Source: Escherichia phage vB_EcoM_ESCO32. Taken from it: a DNA stretch of 64,000 nt. Where the stretch lies: sequence record OM386658.1; one strand, written 5' to 3'. How positions within the stretch are numbered: position 1 is the stretch's first letter; each line of letters opens with the position of its first letter. Below are positions 46,044 to 55,163 of this stretch, one piece after another. The notes beneath the pieces are model-generated. The model ran no database searches, was not told the DNA's origin, and worked only from the letters and a program-made list of their open reading frames with translations. Made by a program: the position numbers and the translations under genes.

Positions 46044-46548
46044 TATAAGCGTCATTAAAGATAGTTTTATTGATGTAACAAACGATATTGTACCTACAAT
46101 ACAATATATAGTTGAGGCACAAGGTTTAAACTTTATACGTGATAAAGTTAAGATTGTTTTTCATAACACTCCAGGTTTTGTAATAGTAGATTCAACAAAA
46201 ACGATGTATCCTACAGATCTGATTACTTTAGACAAAAACTTAACACAAGAAGAAGTAGAAATTCTTAACCTCTATTGGTTAGGTTTTAAAAGATACGAGG
46301 ATACAGCTTTATCCCGAATGTCAACTATTTTAGCTAACATTCTGGTTCGGAAAATTTCTAAACTATGGGATGAAGAAAACCCAGATGAAATAGTTTTACA
46401 CTTTGCTAAACCGGAAGACGGGGCATATGATATAGACACATCTGAAATGGCTTACGGGTTTATTATTTCTGGTAATGTATTACAGATGGAATCTTTATTG
46501 TATGTTGAGACAGTAAAACACAATAACAACTACGAGGAGGTTGTATGA
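46024..46548 (+). CDS. hypothetical protein
   Basis: ORF track. Confidence 0.3.
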   Translation: MVLSRNNISVIKDSFIDVTNDIVPTIQYIVEAQGLNFIRDKVKIVFHNTPGFVIVDSTKTMYPTDLITLDKNLTQEEVEILNLYWLGFKRYEDTALSRMSTILANILVRKISKLWDEENPDEIVLHFAKPEDGAYDIDTSEMAYGFIISGNVLQMESLLYVETVKHNNNYEEVV

Positions 46549-46802
46549 AAGGTTTAGAGTTTAACTTTGTAGATGCGTGGGAAGGATGGGATGAACTAGG
46601 AGTAGGGGATTTATGTTTTTATGATGTTACCTTGAAGGAAGAATACAAACATCTAGCTCCTAGTGAAGATTGCGATGTGATTCTATCTATCCTATTAAGT
46701 CAGTCTATAGTGCAATTTGATTTTCTAAAAGGTAGTGAGTGTATTGAAAGTAAAGCATTCCGTTTAGAAGTTTCTCTTGGTGAAGAAGTTCCTGTAGAAT
46801 AA
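46545..46802 (+). CDS. hypothetical acidic protein
   Basis: ORF track. Confidence 0.3.
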   Translation: MKGLEFNFVDAWEGWDELGVGDLCFYDVTLKEEYKHLAPSEDCDVILSILLSQSIVQFDFLKGSECIESKAFRLEVSLGEEVPVE

Positions 46803-46805
46803 TAT

Positions 46806-46830
46806 AAACCCGCTTCGGCGGGTTTTTTGT
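46806..46830 (+). terminator. rho-independent terminator (CCCGC-TTCG-GCGGG plus T6)
   Basis: Strong hairpin followed by TTTTTTG. Confidence 0.7.
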
Positions 46831-46858
46831 TGACAACACCAGTTTTTTCGAATAAACT
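46830..46858 (+). promoter_or_regulatory. sigma70-like promoter (TTGACA - 17 nt - TAAACT)
   Basis: Consensus -35 immediately after terminator; upstream of 46885 gene. Confidence 0.4.
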
Positions 46859-46884
46859 ACAGAAAAACAGAAGAGGAGATTAGC

Positions 46885-47295
46885 ATGTATTATAGTGATT
46901 ATTTTGTAAACCCAACAAAAGAACAACTTCAATCAGCAGTGGATAAGATGCAGATTGTAGTTAAAGAATGTGAGAAAATAAGAAAACAACTACAAGAAGA
47001 GACTGTTGTTGCTAATAAATGGTTTGGTCTTAAGAAGAAAGTTGTTAGTAAACACGATATCATCCTTGAAAAAGCAAAAACGACAGGAACTAGTTACGCC
47101 TTACAAGCCTTGTTACTAAATTACATTGATATAGAACAACATTCTCTTCTGCACTGTTGGCTTAACAGCCCTGGTATTGAGGATCTCTTGTTCTGGTTAT
47201 CGTGTGAATCTGTACTTTTAAATGAGAATGAGGCTTATCGTTTAAACTTCTGCCTCAAGGCAGAATTACCAGCTAGTGTTAAGGAGAAGAAGTAA
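46885..47295 (+). CDS. hypothetical protein
   Basis: ORF track; RBS GAGGAG. Confidence 0.35.
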   Translation: MYYSDYFVNPTKEQLQSAVDKMQIVVKECEKIRKQLQEETVVANKWFGLKKKVVSKHDIILEKAKTTGTSYALQALLLNYIDIEQHSLLHCWLNSPGIEDLLFWLSCESVLLNENEAYRLNFCLKAELPASVKEKK

Positions 47296-47297
47296 TA

Positions 47298-48287
47298 ATG
47301 AAAGTTTTAAGTCTTTTTGATGGTATGTCAGGAGGAATGCTTGCGCTAAAAAGTGCAGGTATTGAAGTAGATACATATTATGCTTCAGAATTAGACAAAT
47401 TCGCCATAGCTGAAAGCCAAGCAAATTTTCCAGATATTATTCAGTTAGGTGATGTTACAAAATGGAGAGAATGGGATATTCCGTGGGGAGAAATTGATCT
47501 TTTGTTAGGTGGTAGTCCGTGTCAAGGCTTCTCTTCTTCTGGTAAGGGTTTGAACTTTCAAGATCCGCGATCTAAGCTATTCTTCGAATATGTTGAGATT
47601 CTTGAACATATTAAAAAGTTTAACCCTAATGTTAAGTTCATGCTTGAAAACGTTAAGATGAAAGTGGAGTGGGAAAACGTGATCACAAGTTACTTAGGTG
47701 TTGATCCCGTATTCATTAACTCCGCAGATTTCACGGCACAAAATAGACAACGTTTATACTGGTGCAACTGGGAAATAAAACCTTGGGATATTACCAATGA
47801 AGTGTTGCAAGATATCATTGAAGATGATAGTATCGTAGACAGAGATAAGGCTTATTGCATAGATGCAAATTATGCCAAAGGTGGTAATATAGAACAGTAT
47901 TTTGAAAAGAGTCGCAGACAACTGGTTTTTTATCCGGCAGCAATATATGGGCGTAGAATTAATGAAAATGGTAAACGTAGTACATCTAAAACTGATCGTT
48001 TGGTACATTGTTTGGAAGTTCAGGACAGTGAAAAAACTCGTTGCCTCACGACTGTGCCTAAAGACGTACTATTAGCCTACATTCCACCTGGAAGATATCT
48101 AGATGCCTTTGAAAAATTGAGTGAAGGCGTACATTATAGAAAGTTAACGGTTAAAGAGTGTTGCCGCTTGCAAGGTGTGCCAGATGATTACTTTAAAGTG
48201 AGTAGTAACACACAAGCATATAAGATGTTAGGCAATGGTTGGACTATACCTGTCATTGCACATATTCTTAAATGTATGGAGGAATAA
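47298..48287 (+). CDS. DNA cytosine-5 methyltransferase
   Basis: Motif I LFDGMSGG, motif IV GGSPCQGFS (catalytic Cys), motif VI ENV. Confidence 0.8.
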   Translation: MKVLSLFDGMSGGMLALKSAGIEVDTYYASELDKFAIAESQANFPDIIQLGDVTKWREWDIPWGEIDLLLGGSPCQGFSSSGKGLNFQDPRSKLFFEYVEILEHIKKFNPNVKFMLENVKMKVEWENVITSYLGVDPVFINSADFTAQNRQRLYWCNWEIKPWDITNEVLQDIIEDDSIVDRDKAYCIDANYAKGGNIEQYFEKSRRQLVFYPAAIYGRRINENGKRSTSKTDRLVHCLEVQDSEKTRCLTTVPKDVLLAYIPPGRYLDAFEKLSEGVHYRKLTVKECCRLQGVPDDYFKVSSNTQAYKMLGNGWTIPVIAHILKCMEE

Positions 48288-48410
48288 TGGAAACATTGTG
48301 GAAAGGCTGGAAGACTGCTCTGATAGCTTTTATAATTCCATTAACTTTTCTTGGTTGGTGTTTTTGGGAATTTATCTTTTGGTTAATTTCCCATATACAT
48401 TGGGGGTAAT

Positions 48411-49019
48411 ATGACTCAAAAAGTTGCATATCAAGTAGATCGTGAAGATGGTGAAGGTAGTGTTGTAGTTTTTGATACACATGGCCTTGCAGCAAGACGC
48501 AAAGGAGCTTGTCTACTGGACATTGGTGGTGAAGATGAATACTGCACTGTACGTAGAGTAAAAGAATTTGATCAATATGCTGAAAAAGGTTTTGTACCTG
48601 TGAAAGCACTATTAGAAGCTGGATGGTGGATACCTAGTGCACATGATTATGATATTTTGGAAGATACAGATGAATTCAACAGCGAGGATTTTGTTTTTTC
48701 TCTGGATGAAAAATGCGTTTGGAAAGACTGGGATGAAATGGAACGCCATGCTTATTTTATAAACGAAGCATTAGATCGTAAAACTTGGTTTGAAAATACA
48801 GTTAAAGCAGCGTATCCTCAATTTACTTTTACACAGTTTTGGGGTGGCCCACATCATATTACTCATACAGCATATTTCGAGTTCCCAGGTTCACGTTATA
48901 AAGGTACTGTTTATTGGGATTGGGACGAGGACAAAGAACCTTCTGCTCAAGACTTCCGTTGCTATGTTTGTCAAGGTGATCAAGAAGCCCTTGACAAGTA
49001 CCTTAAAAGTCTGGTATAA
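48411..49019 (+). CDS. hypothetical protein (Trp/acidic-rich)
   Basis: ORF track. Confidence 0.35.
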   Translation: MTQKVAYQVDREDGEGSVVVFDTHGLAARRKGACLLDIGGEDEYCTVRRVKEFDQYAEKGFVPVKALLEAGWWIPSAHDYDILEDTDEFNSEDFVFSLDEKCVWKDWDEMERHAYFINEALDRKTWFENTVKAAYPQFTFTQFWGGPHHITHTAYFEFPGSRYKGTVYWDWDEDKEPSAQDFRCYVCQGDQEALDKYLKSLV

Positions 49020-49035
49020 TCCGTAAAACTTAACC

Positions 49036-49063
49036 AAAGCCCCCAGGCAGGGGCTTTATTTGT
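49036..49063 (+). terminator. rho-independent terminator (GCCCC-loop-GGGGC plus T-tract)
   Basis: Hairpin followed by TTTATTTGT. Confidence 0.5.
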
Positions 49064-49074
49064 CTGGAGAATAT

Positions 49075-49605
49075 ATGGGTTTTGATGACATGTTATTATA
49101 TGAGGAGGCTTGTGTGAAAGAAGCTATGGCTTTACCAGTTTTATCTATTGATATTACAACAGTAGACACTTTTTCAGATTGTGAAACGTGTGGATCGTAT
49201 TCGTCTATTGTACATGAGGTTAGTGGGGATTTAGGCACTTACGAAGATGGAGATTATGCAAGTTGTTTAGGTGATAATCGAGATGGTGAAGTGGCGAATG
49301 TTGCAAACTGGATTGCTTCTAAGTTAAAAGAAAGAAATCGTCCGTTCCCTAATCTTCTTACACCAGAAGCTATGCTTAAAGCTGAACAAGAGATGTATGA
49401 TTATGGTTATAAAGTAGATTATGACTATAATGATCCTAAATATAAAAAATTGAGTGACAAGTATTGGGAACTAGCTAATGCTTATGATAAATACTACTCT
49501 ACAGAAAACATTGTTAAATTGTTTTTAGATTTTGGAGTAGAAATTAATTGGGATTTCGAAGAGGAAGAGCGTTACGACGCATCTTCTTGGGATGATGATT
49601 ACTAA
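49075..49605 (+). CDS. hypothetical acidic protein
   Basis: Internal ATG after GGAGAAT. Confidence 0.35.
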   Translation: MGFDDMLLYEEACVKEAMALPVLSIDITTVDTFSDCETCGSYSSIVHEVSGDLGTYEDGDYASCLGDNRDGEVANVANWIASKLKERNRPFPNLLTPEAMLKAEQEMYDYGYKVDYDYNDPKYKKLSDKYWELANAYDKYYSTENIVKLFLDFGVEINWDFEEEERYDASSWDDDY

Positions 49606-49616
49606 GAGGATATTGA

Positions 49617-50429
49617 ATGCGAAGAGTAATTTTTGTTAGTGGCGCAGGTTTAAGTGCAGACAGTGGGATTCGAACGTTCCGAACAGACACAGATAGTGGT
49701 CGTGCCTTATGGGAAGAATATGACTTAGAAGAGGTCTGCGATATTGGAGCTTTCCAAGCAGGTTATCGTGTGAGAACATCTCCAGATCTTCCAGTGGTCG
49801 GTGGTGTAGACGAGAACGGTATGGACTTGTATGCCAAAACACACGAATTTTATAACAAAAGACGTGTTGAGCTTAAAGATGTACAACCTAATGCTGCACA
49901 TATTCAAATAGCAAGGTGGTTTAAGGAATATCCTAACCAAGTAGTAAACTTGACAACAAACGTTGATGACCTACTAGAGCGAGCAGGTGTAGACAGGGAT
50001 TCTGTTATTCACGTGCACGGATATCTTCCTGAAGTAGTTTACCGTATGCATCCTGGAGATTACAAAACACTGGTAGACATTGGTTACAATAGTATAAACA
50101 TAGATGATTATAACTGGGTGAAGCCTAATGTTGTATTTTTTGGTGAGGCTGCACCTTTGTATGCAGATATGGCTCACTTGTTTGATACTTTGACCATGCA
50201 AGATTTGGTTGTTGTAGTAGGATGTTCAAACCAAGTTATCAATTTTAATTGGGAATTATTCCCTGCACTTAATATGGGTACAAAAATGATCGTTGTTAAC
50301 CCAGGAATTAATTACGAAGAAACTCTTCTTTACGAAGATAGAGGAGTCTTTGTTTATAGAGAAAAGGCAGCAGATGCTTTTAGCAATCCTGCTTTCATAA
50401 AAATGATAGAAGATCATTTGACTAAGTAA
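49617..50429 (+). CDS. SIR2-family (sirtuin-like) NAD+-dependent enzyme lacking zinc-ribbon module
   Basis: GAGLSADSGIRTFR NAD-binding signature, QPNAAHIQIA, TTNVDDLL, catalytic HVHG, VVFFGE, VVVGCS; no CxxC pairs. Confidence 0.7.
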   Translation: MRRVIFVSGAGLSADSGIRTFRTDTDSGRALWEEYDLEEVCDIGAFQAGYRVRTSPDLPVVGGVDENGMDLYAKTHEFYNKRRVELKDVQPNAAHIQIARWFKEYPNQVVNLTTNVDDLLERAGVDRDSVIHVHGYLPEVVYRMHPGDYKTLVDIGYNSINIDDYNWVKPNVVFFGEAAPLYADMAHLFDTLTMQDLVVVVGCSNQVINFNWELFPALNMGTKMIVVNPGINYEETLLYEDRGVFVYREKAADAFSNPAFIKMIEDHLTK

Positions 50430-50435
50430 CTTAAC

Positions 50436-50460
50436 CAAGGGGGCGAAAGCCCCTTTTCTT
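50436..50460 (+). terminator. rho-independent terminator, GGGGC-GAAA-GCCCC hairpin plus T-tract
   Basis: Third copy of the repeated tetraloop hairpin. Confidence 0.6.
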
Positions 50461-50473
50461 ATAGGAGAATATT

Positions 50474-50731
50474 ATGACCACAGAACAAATCGTTAAAGAC
50501 CATTTTATGATGCACTACGTTTATTACTTCAATAATAATCAACAGAAAGGTGAGGGATTTTGTTATCTATCTGCACAACAAGGTTTTGGTATCCGTCAAG
50601 CAGATATTAACGGGGCAGTGGCTGGGATTACAAAAGGCTTGGTTGCAAACCTTAAAGACAATGTTGTTGTTGTCCCAACATGCATCTCTTATCTCTCAAC
50701 CTGTCCTGAAGAAGATTTTATGCATTCCTAA
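50474..50731 (+). CDS. hypothetical protein
   Basis: ORF track; RBS AGGAG. Confidence 0.35.
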   Translation: MTTEQIVKDHFMMHYVYYFNNNQQKGEGFCYLSAQQGFGIRQADINGAVAGITKGLVANLKDNVVVVPTCISYLSTCPEEDFMHS

Positions 50732-50797
50732 AACCTCCTGTAACGCATTCTAACGCACTTTTTATTTTAGTAATACGTTTCCCTACCTTATGCAAAC

Positions 50798-50836
50798 AAA
50801 AGCCCCTAGAAGCGATTCTAGGGGCTTTATTTTAGT
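50798..50836 (+). terminator. long hairpin (CCCCTAGA-loop-TCTAGGGG) plus T-tract at convergent block boundary
   Basis: Perfect 8-bp arms followed by CTTTATTTTA; lies between convergent plus and minus blocks. Confidence 0.55.
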
Positions 50837-50906
50837 CTTCTGTAAAATATCCTATGACAACAATGATAAAGATGATTAACACTACGATACTCTCTAGTAA
50901 AGTCAT

Positions 50907-51128
50907 CTATAAATCTCGTTCATATAGTTCAATTATCAATTCATCCTCTGCTGTTATCGTACCAATTTGCCAAGTGTGAAGATAAACCTCTGTGTAAGAG
51001 TGTATCTTACTATCTAACAAGCACAACCACGTATTGTTGCTTACCTTTTCTTGAATATGAACCTTAACCACGAAAGGGTGAGGGTTATCTACTAAGAAAC
51101 CAATACTACCTTCTACAACTACAGACAT
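50907..51128 (-). CDS. hypothetical protein
   Basis: ORF track. Confidence 0.3.
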   Translation of the reverse strand: MSVVVEGSIGFLVDNPHPFVVKVHIQEKVSNNTWLCLLDSKIHSYTEVYLHTWQIGTITAEDELIIELYERDL

Positions 51129-51183
51129 AATACCTCCTATTGTTTATGCTAAAAGTGTTTATAACATATAAAGAGCATATATA

Positions 51184-51208
51184 CAAGAAAACCCGCCGAA
51201 GCGGGTTT
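51184..51208 (-). terminator. rho-independent terminator on minus strand (CCCGC-TTCG-GCGGG plus T-tract)
   Basis: Hairpin followed by TTTTCTT on the minus strand, downstream of 51214 gene. Confidence 0.5.
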
Positions 51209-51213
51209 ATGCG

Positions 51214-51537
51214 TTATACAATGTGTTTTGTTTTAACGTGCGAAGATTTAAAAATCTTATTATGTAATGAAATACGATTATCACGGAACACATAATAGTT
51301 AGCAACATCTGGCTTATCAACACAGAGTGTAGCCACAACTTTCATAGGTATAGATACATTCTCACGAAGAGTAACACTACCTTTCAAACGTTCAGATGAA
51401 ATGTGAATCAAACCTTCTTTTTCATCAATGACAACTTCTTTAACATTTTTGAAATTATAACAAGAGTTGTCAATATAAGATACCCTTGCCTTTGTTTGCT
51501 TCTGTTTAGGACGAGAACCAGTGTTTATTTTTTGCAT
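51214..51537 (-). CDS. hypothetical protein
   Basis: ORF track. Confidence 0.35.
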   Translation of the reverse strand: MQKINTGSRPKQKQTKARVSYIDNSCYNFKNVKEVVIDEKEGLIHISSERLKGSVTLRENVSIPMKVVATLCVDKPDVANYYVFRDNRISLHNKIFKSSHVKTKHIV

Positions 51538-51545
51538 AGTTTTCC

Positions 51546-51833
51546 TTATTTGCTTTCACGAGCAAAATAATAATTTTCATATTCATTACGTGTAACGATT
51601 TCTGGATGATCAGGTTCACCGTAACTAAGTTTAACTTCAGGATACACTTTGGTGTTGAACAGACACGTAACACCTCTCATATAATATCCTGTAGGACTTA
51701 AAACAACATCATCTTCACTTACACTTGAGAATTTTATTTCACCATTAGTATCTTTGACGACAATAAGAGCATGTTCAGGCCAATCAAGATTTTCTTCTTT
51801 TAGTTTTTCATAAACTTCTTGTACTAGTTCCAT
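51546..51833 (-). CDS. hypothetical protein
   Basis: ORF track. Confidence 0.35.
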   Translation of the reverse strand: MELVQEVYEKLKEENLDWPEHALIVVKDTNGEIKFSSVSEDDVVLSPTGYYMRGVTCLFNTKVYPEVKLSYGEPDHPEIVTRNEYENYYFARESK

Positions 51834-51843
51834 ATTGCCTCCT

Positions 51844-52017
51844 CAGATTACAAATTTTTCTTCTTCTGGTTTCTCGTAGTTGGGAGAATAAACGTGGGAT
51901 GGATTAAAACCTTTAAAGCTACCTCGCCCTTTTCGTGGACAATTGAACGTCTTAGCTTGGTGATCACCAAAAGATTTACCACAATGTACACATTTATAAT
52001 TGGTATCTTTGAACATT
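51844..52017 (-). CDS. small zinc-finger-like protein (about 57 aa)
   Basis: Manual translation MFKDTNYKCVHCGKSFGDHQ...NCPRKG after AAGGAGAG; preferred over overlapping low-complexity ORF 51848..52045. Confidence 0.35.
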
Positions 52018-52172
52018 TTACTCTCCTTTGAAAGATAGGCTGCACAATAGTACAGCCTTTTAGAAAATTAGTGTTTAAATTTTTCGATTACTTCGTCAAC
52101 TTTAGCGATGATAACATCCTGATACTTGTGACCAAAATAACCAACAACAACACCAACAATAAACGTCATCAT

Positions 52173-52772
52173 TTACTTCTCCTTTTTAACTATAATGGCT
52201 TCTTCATTCAGAGTAAACAGCAAGGAAGATGTATCACCAACACACCTTGCACCTGGAATGAGTTCTAAAATTTTAGAGGATATAGCAATAGTAGTGTCAT
52301 CCAGTACGTATTCCCCAGGTAACAATCTTAATGTTATTGGAAAATCTACAGATGCCAGACCAGAGAACATCCCATCATTCAGAAGAATAACTTCTAAACC
52401 GCTATCTTCTTGTTGTGCATTATGCACTTTTTCAGGTAAGAAGTCAATACATTGATTTAAAATTTCTACATCTAATTCTACACCAGTCCTAGCCTTATAA
52501 ACTCTAGCCAAATCTATGATCCGAGAATCAATGCTGGCGTAAGGAGATTCCAAGTGTTTTGGGTCAATAGGAGCAACGCGTAATTTACTATCGAGAGATA
52601 CCCACGTTACAATCCACATTTCACCAACCCCAGGTTGATCTCGCGCAGTAAGGAATTCTACTAATGCTCCAGGATTAGGCATTATGTAATCTTGTGTGAT
52701 CAACATGTTCTTCACTCGCAAAAGCATTCCTGGCTTTAGTAAGCCCTTCTCACCACTCCAATATTCTTTCAT
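52173..52772 (-). CDS. hypothetical protein
   Basis: ORF track trimmed to ATG after AGGAGTG. Confidence 0.35.
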   Translation of the reverse strand: MKEYWSGEKGLLKPGMLLRVKNMLITQDYIMPNPGALVEFLTARDQPGVGEMWIVTWVSLDSKLRVAPIDPKHLESPYASIDSRIIDLARVYKARTGVELDVEILNQCIDFLPEKVHNAQQEDSGLEVILLNDGMFSGLASVDFPITLRLLPGEYVLDDTTIAISSKILELIPGARCVGDTSSLLFTLNEEAIIVKKEK

Positions 52773-52785
52773 TTTCACTCCTGAT

Positions 52786-53058
52786 TTAATGTCGTAGTTC
52801 ACTAAACTTACAAACAAAGTGAACGTTAAGAAAAGTTAGTTTTCGATCTGGTGTAAACTCTGTTACTGTTTTATACACCTGTGCAATACCGAACCTGTTG
52901 ACAGCAGGTACTGACAATTGGCTTATACACTTTATAGCTGATAGTTTTGCCTCTTCTTCAGATGCAAAATAGGTAAACATACCTTCTTCGTCAACTATAA
53001 TCTCTTGTGTAACACAGTCTACAAAACAAAAGAAGACGTTAGGTAATTTTTCCGACAT
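52786..53058 (-). CDS. hypothetical protein
   Basis: ORF track trimmed to internal ATG to avoid overlap with upstream membrane-protein gene. Confidence 0.3.
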   Translation of the reverse strand: MSEKLPNVFFCFVDCVTQEIIVDEEGMFTYFASEEEAKLSAIKCISQLSVPAVNRFGIAQVYKTVTEFTPDRKLTFLNVHFVCKFSELRH

Positions 53059-53059
53059 A

Positions 53060-53272
53060 TTAGTTGTTCCTGTACTTAGAGAACAAAGTATTGACCAACC
53101 AATCAGCAAACAGTAGTCCAAGTGTACCAATACCGTAACCAATAAGCATAATGTAAGGCACGGCTTTATTTTCATTACCTGTCATTACTTCGGGAAAAAT
53201 CAAAAATACGATACCGTTACCAACGATAATCCAAAACATAAGAAACACAAAAACACGAAGCAACATTCCCAT
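53060..53272 (-). CDS. small membrane protein (two predicted TM segments)
   Basis: Hydrophobic stretches LLRVFVFLMFWIIVGNGIVFLIF and IMLIGYGIGTLGLLFADWLV. Confidence 0.4.
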   Translation of the reverse strand: MGMLLRVFVFLMFWIIVGNGIVFLIFPEVMTGNENKAVPYIMLIGYGIGTLGLLFADWLVNTLFSKYRNN

Positions 53273-53273
53273 A

Positions 53274-53456
53274 TTATTCTTCCTCCTTCACTTCTTCAAC
53301 TTTACGAAGCATACGTTTATCAAATGTAGCTTTCTGTAGTTGCTCATTAACATCAAACCACACTACTTCGCAAGTATCATAAGTAGATACCATTACAGTC
53401 ATTAACATTTCTTCACTGGCAAGACGTACAATATCACCTGTTTTAATATTTACCAT
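53274..53456 (-). CDS. hypothetical protein
   Basis: ORF track. Confidence 0.3.
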   Translation of the reverse strand: MVNIKTGDIVRLASEEMLMTVMVSTYDTCEVVWFDVNEQLQKATFDKRMLRKVEEVKEEE

Positions 53457-53860
53457 AACTCCTCCAGAAGTTTACCAAGTTTAGTTTTAAATTCATTATC
53501 CCACGCTATACGAACTATGTCAAGATCACCTTGTGCATTACGTTTTGTATCTAAGTAGTAACCACCATGCTCATAGCGGTGTTTTATATGCTCGATCAGA
53601 CGTTCTTTATCACTCTTAGATAAATAATCATCAAACTCCCCATTGAAAAGATCTAAGATTGTTTGTCTATTATCTCCTAATTGAGTGATTCTAAAGCTAA
53701 TCAGACACCCCTGTAAACCTATATCTGTTTGTTTAAGAGAAAACCCATGACCAAAGCCGCCTGTAACTATAACAAGCGGTTTTCCTGTGATAGAGCTTTT
53801 AATAACATCTTGCTTAGGTTCTGCCAAAGATGTTAGAAACCCTTTTAACCATTTGAACAT
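53450..53860 (-). CDS. hypothetical protein with Gly-rich loop (VIVTGGFGHGF)
   Basis: ORF track; glycine-rich motif of unknown family. Confidence 0.35.
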   Translation of the reverse strand: MFKWLKGFLTSLAEPKQDVIKSSITGKPLVIVTGGFGHGFSLKQTDIGLQGCLISFRITQLGDNRQTILDLFNGEFDDYLSKSDKERLIEHIKHRYEHGGYYLDTKRNAQGDLDIVRIAWDNEFKTKLGKLLEELW

Positions 53861-53965
53861 AAACCCTCCTGTGTGGCGTGGCTTTGCCTAAGCGCCGAAG
53901 GCGCGGATCAAATATAAGCTGAATTTATTACGCCCAGGTAGCCAGGGCGCATAAATATCAGAAAT

Positions 53966-54214
53966 TTACCATCGAATAACTATTCGAGTAAAGTTTTCAT
54001 CGTAATGAGATGTTTCTGTATCAATAAAAGTTGAAAAACCTTCAGCATCCAAGCTAACTTTTACGAAAGTTGGATAAAGCGTGTATATAGCAGCTTCTCT
54101 GTCCCCATCTTTAGCTGCTCTTTCAATATACGCGTAGATGCTTTGTAAACTCTCTTTTGCTTTGTTAAGTTCTGCGTTTTCTGCCAGTTCTCTCATTTTA
54201 TCTGCTACAGTCAT
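53966..54214 (-). CDS. hypothetical protein
   Basis: ORF track. Confidence 0.3.
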   Translation of the reverse strand: MTVADKMRELAENAELNKAKESLQSIYAYIERAAKDGDREAAIYTLYPTFVKVSLDAEGFSTFIDTETSHYDENFTRIVIRW

Positions 54215-54483
54215 TTGTCAGTATCCTTTTCAATAAAGCCTGTGGTTTTACAAGGTACACATTCATACATTTGTCCAACATCTGCAACCACCCAACCCAT
54301 TCCATTGCAATAAGGACAGATTGTTTTGTTCTCTTTAGCATACACAGCCAGAAGTCTTTCTTCTAGCTTGTTGTAATCAGCAAGAAGAACATAGTCTCCT
54401 TCTGGATCTGGTACAATATCACATTGACCAGCAGCACCTTGGCTGTACACCTCTAAATCATATCGTGTAACCATTATTCCCAC
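54211..54483 (-). CDS. hypothetical Cys-rich protein
   Basis: ORF track; CPYCNG...CVPC. Confidence 0.3.
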   Translation of the reverse strand: MGIMVTRYDLEVYSQGAAGQCDIVPDPEGDYVLLADYNKLEERLLAVYAKENKTICPYCNGMGWVVADVGQMYECVPCKTTGFIEKDTDK

Positions 54484-54692
54484 TCCGCAATCAGTTTTGG
54501 ATTTTCTGCACGAGAATAGAATGTTGTAATGTCACCGTAAGTGTACTCTTGTTCCGACAGTTTTACAAGAGAGATCATTTCACGATCTGGAGTACCAGGA
54601 ATCCAGTCAAATACAGCAACGCCACGTGGTGTTACATAGAAACCAGATGTATTACCCGTAAACTTATCTTTTCCTTTATATAATTTGTACAC
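54474..54692 (-). CDS. hypothetical protein
   Basis: ORF track. Confidence 0.3.
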   Translation of the reverse strand: MYKLYKGKDKFTGNTSGFYVTPRGVAVFDWIPGTPDREMISLVKLSEQEYTYGDITTFYSRAENPKLIAEWE

Positions 54693-54899
54693 TTTCTACT
54701 CCTCATAGATAGAATCTATTAAAAACCTGCTATCAATCGGTATAAACAGTTTTACTTTTCGTAAAAAACATGCTACCCTAATCTTATATACCGAGCGATA
54801 GCGAGGTAGAGAATATTCCATGTTATACATGGAAAGAGTATATGTAATGTTACTAACTCTATAACTAACTATATACTCTTTATACCTTACTTACTACTC

Positions 54900-55163
54900 T
54901 TATTGAAGTTCAAAGATATCCCCATCTCCATCATATCCATACTCTAACTCTCCTGTATCATATAATACAATAAAGTCTGTATCATCTTCAATAAAAGATT
55001 TAGCATAATCTACTAACTCTTCATTATCTTCATACCCTTCCAGGTACTCAATACGACCATTGATACATTTAGCTGCAACAACTCCTGGGCCATTGCTTGG
55101 AGTCCACTCACTGTATACTCGCATACCTAATTCTTTAATCATTGTTTGTCTCCTCATAATCAA
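54900..55163 (-). CDS. hypothetical acidic protein
   Basis: ORF track. Confidence 0.3.
   Translation of the reverse strand: MIMRRQTMIKELGMRVYSEWTPSNGPGVVAAKCINGRIEYLEGYEDNEELVDYAKSFIEDDTDFIVLYDTGELEYGYDGDGDIFELQ

Noticed and set aside
51848-52045. 65-aa minus-strand ORF MQPIFQRRVKCSKIPIINVY...
   Set aside because: Overlaps in a different frame a zinc-finger-like ORF (51844..52017) that has a clear AAGGAGAG ribosome-binding site; the listed ORF is hydrophobic low-complexity with no RBS.
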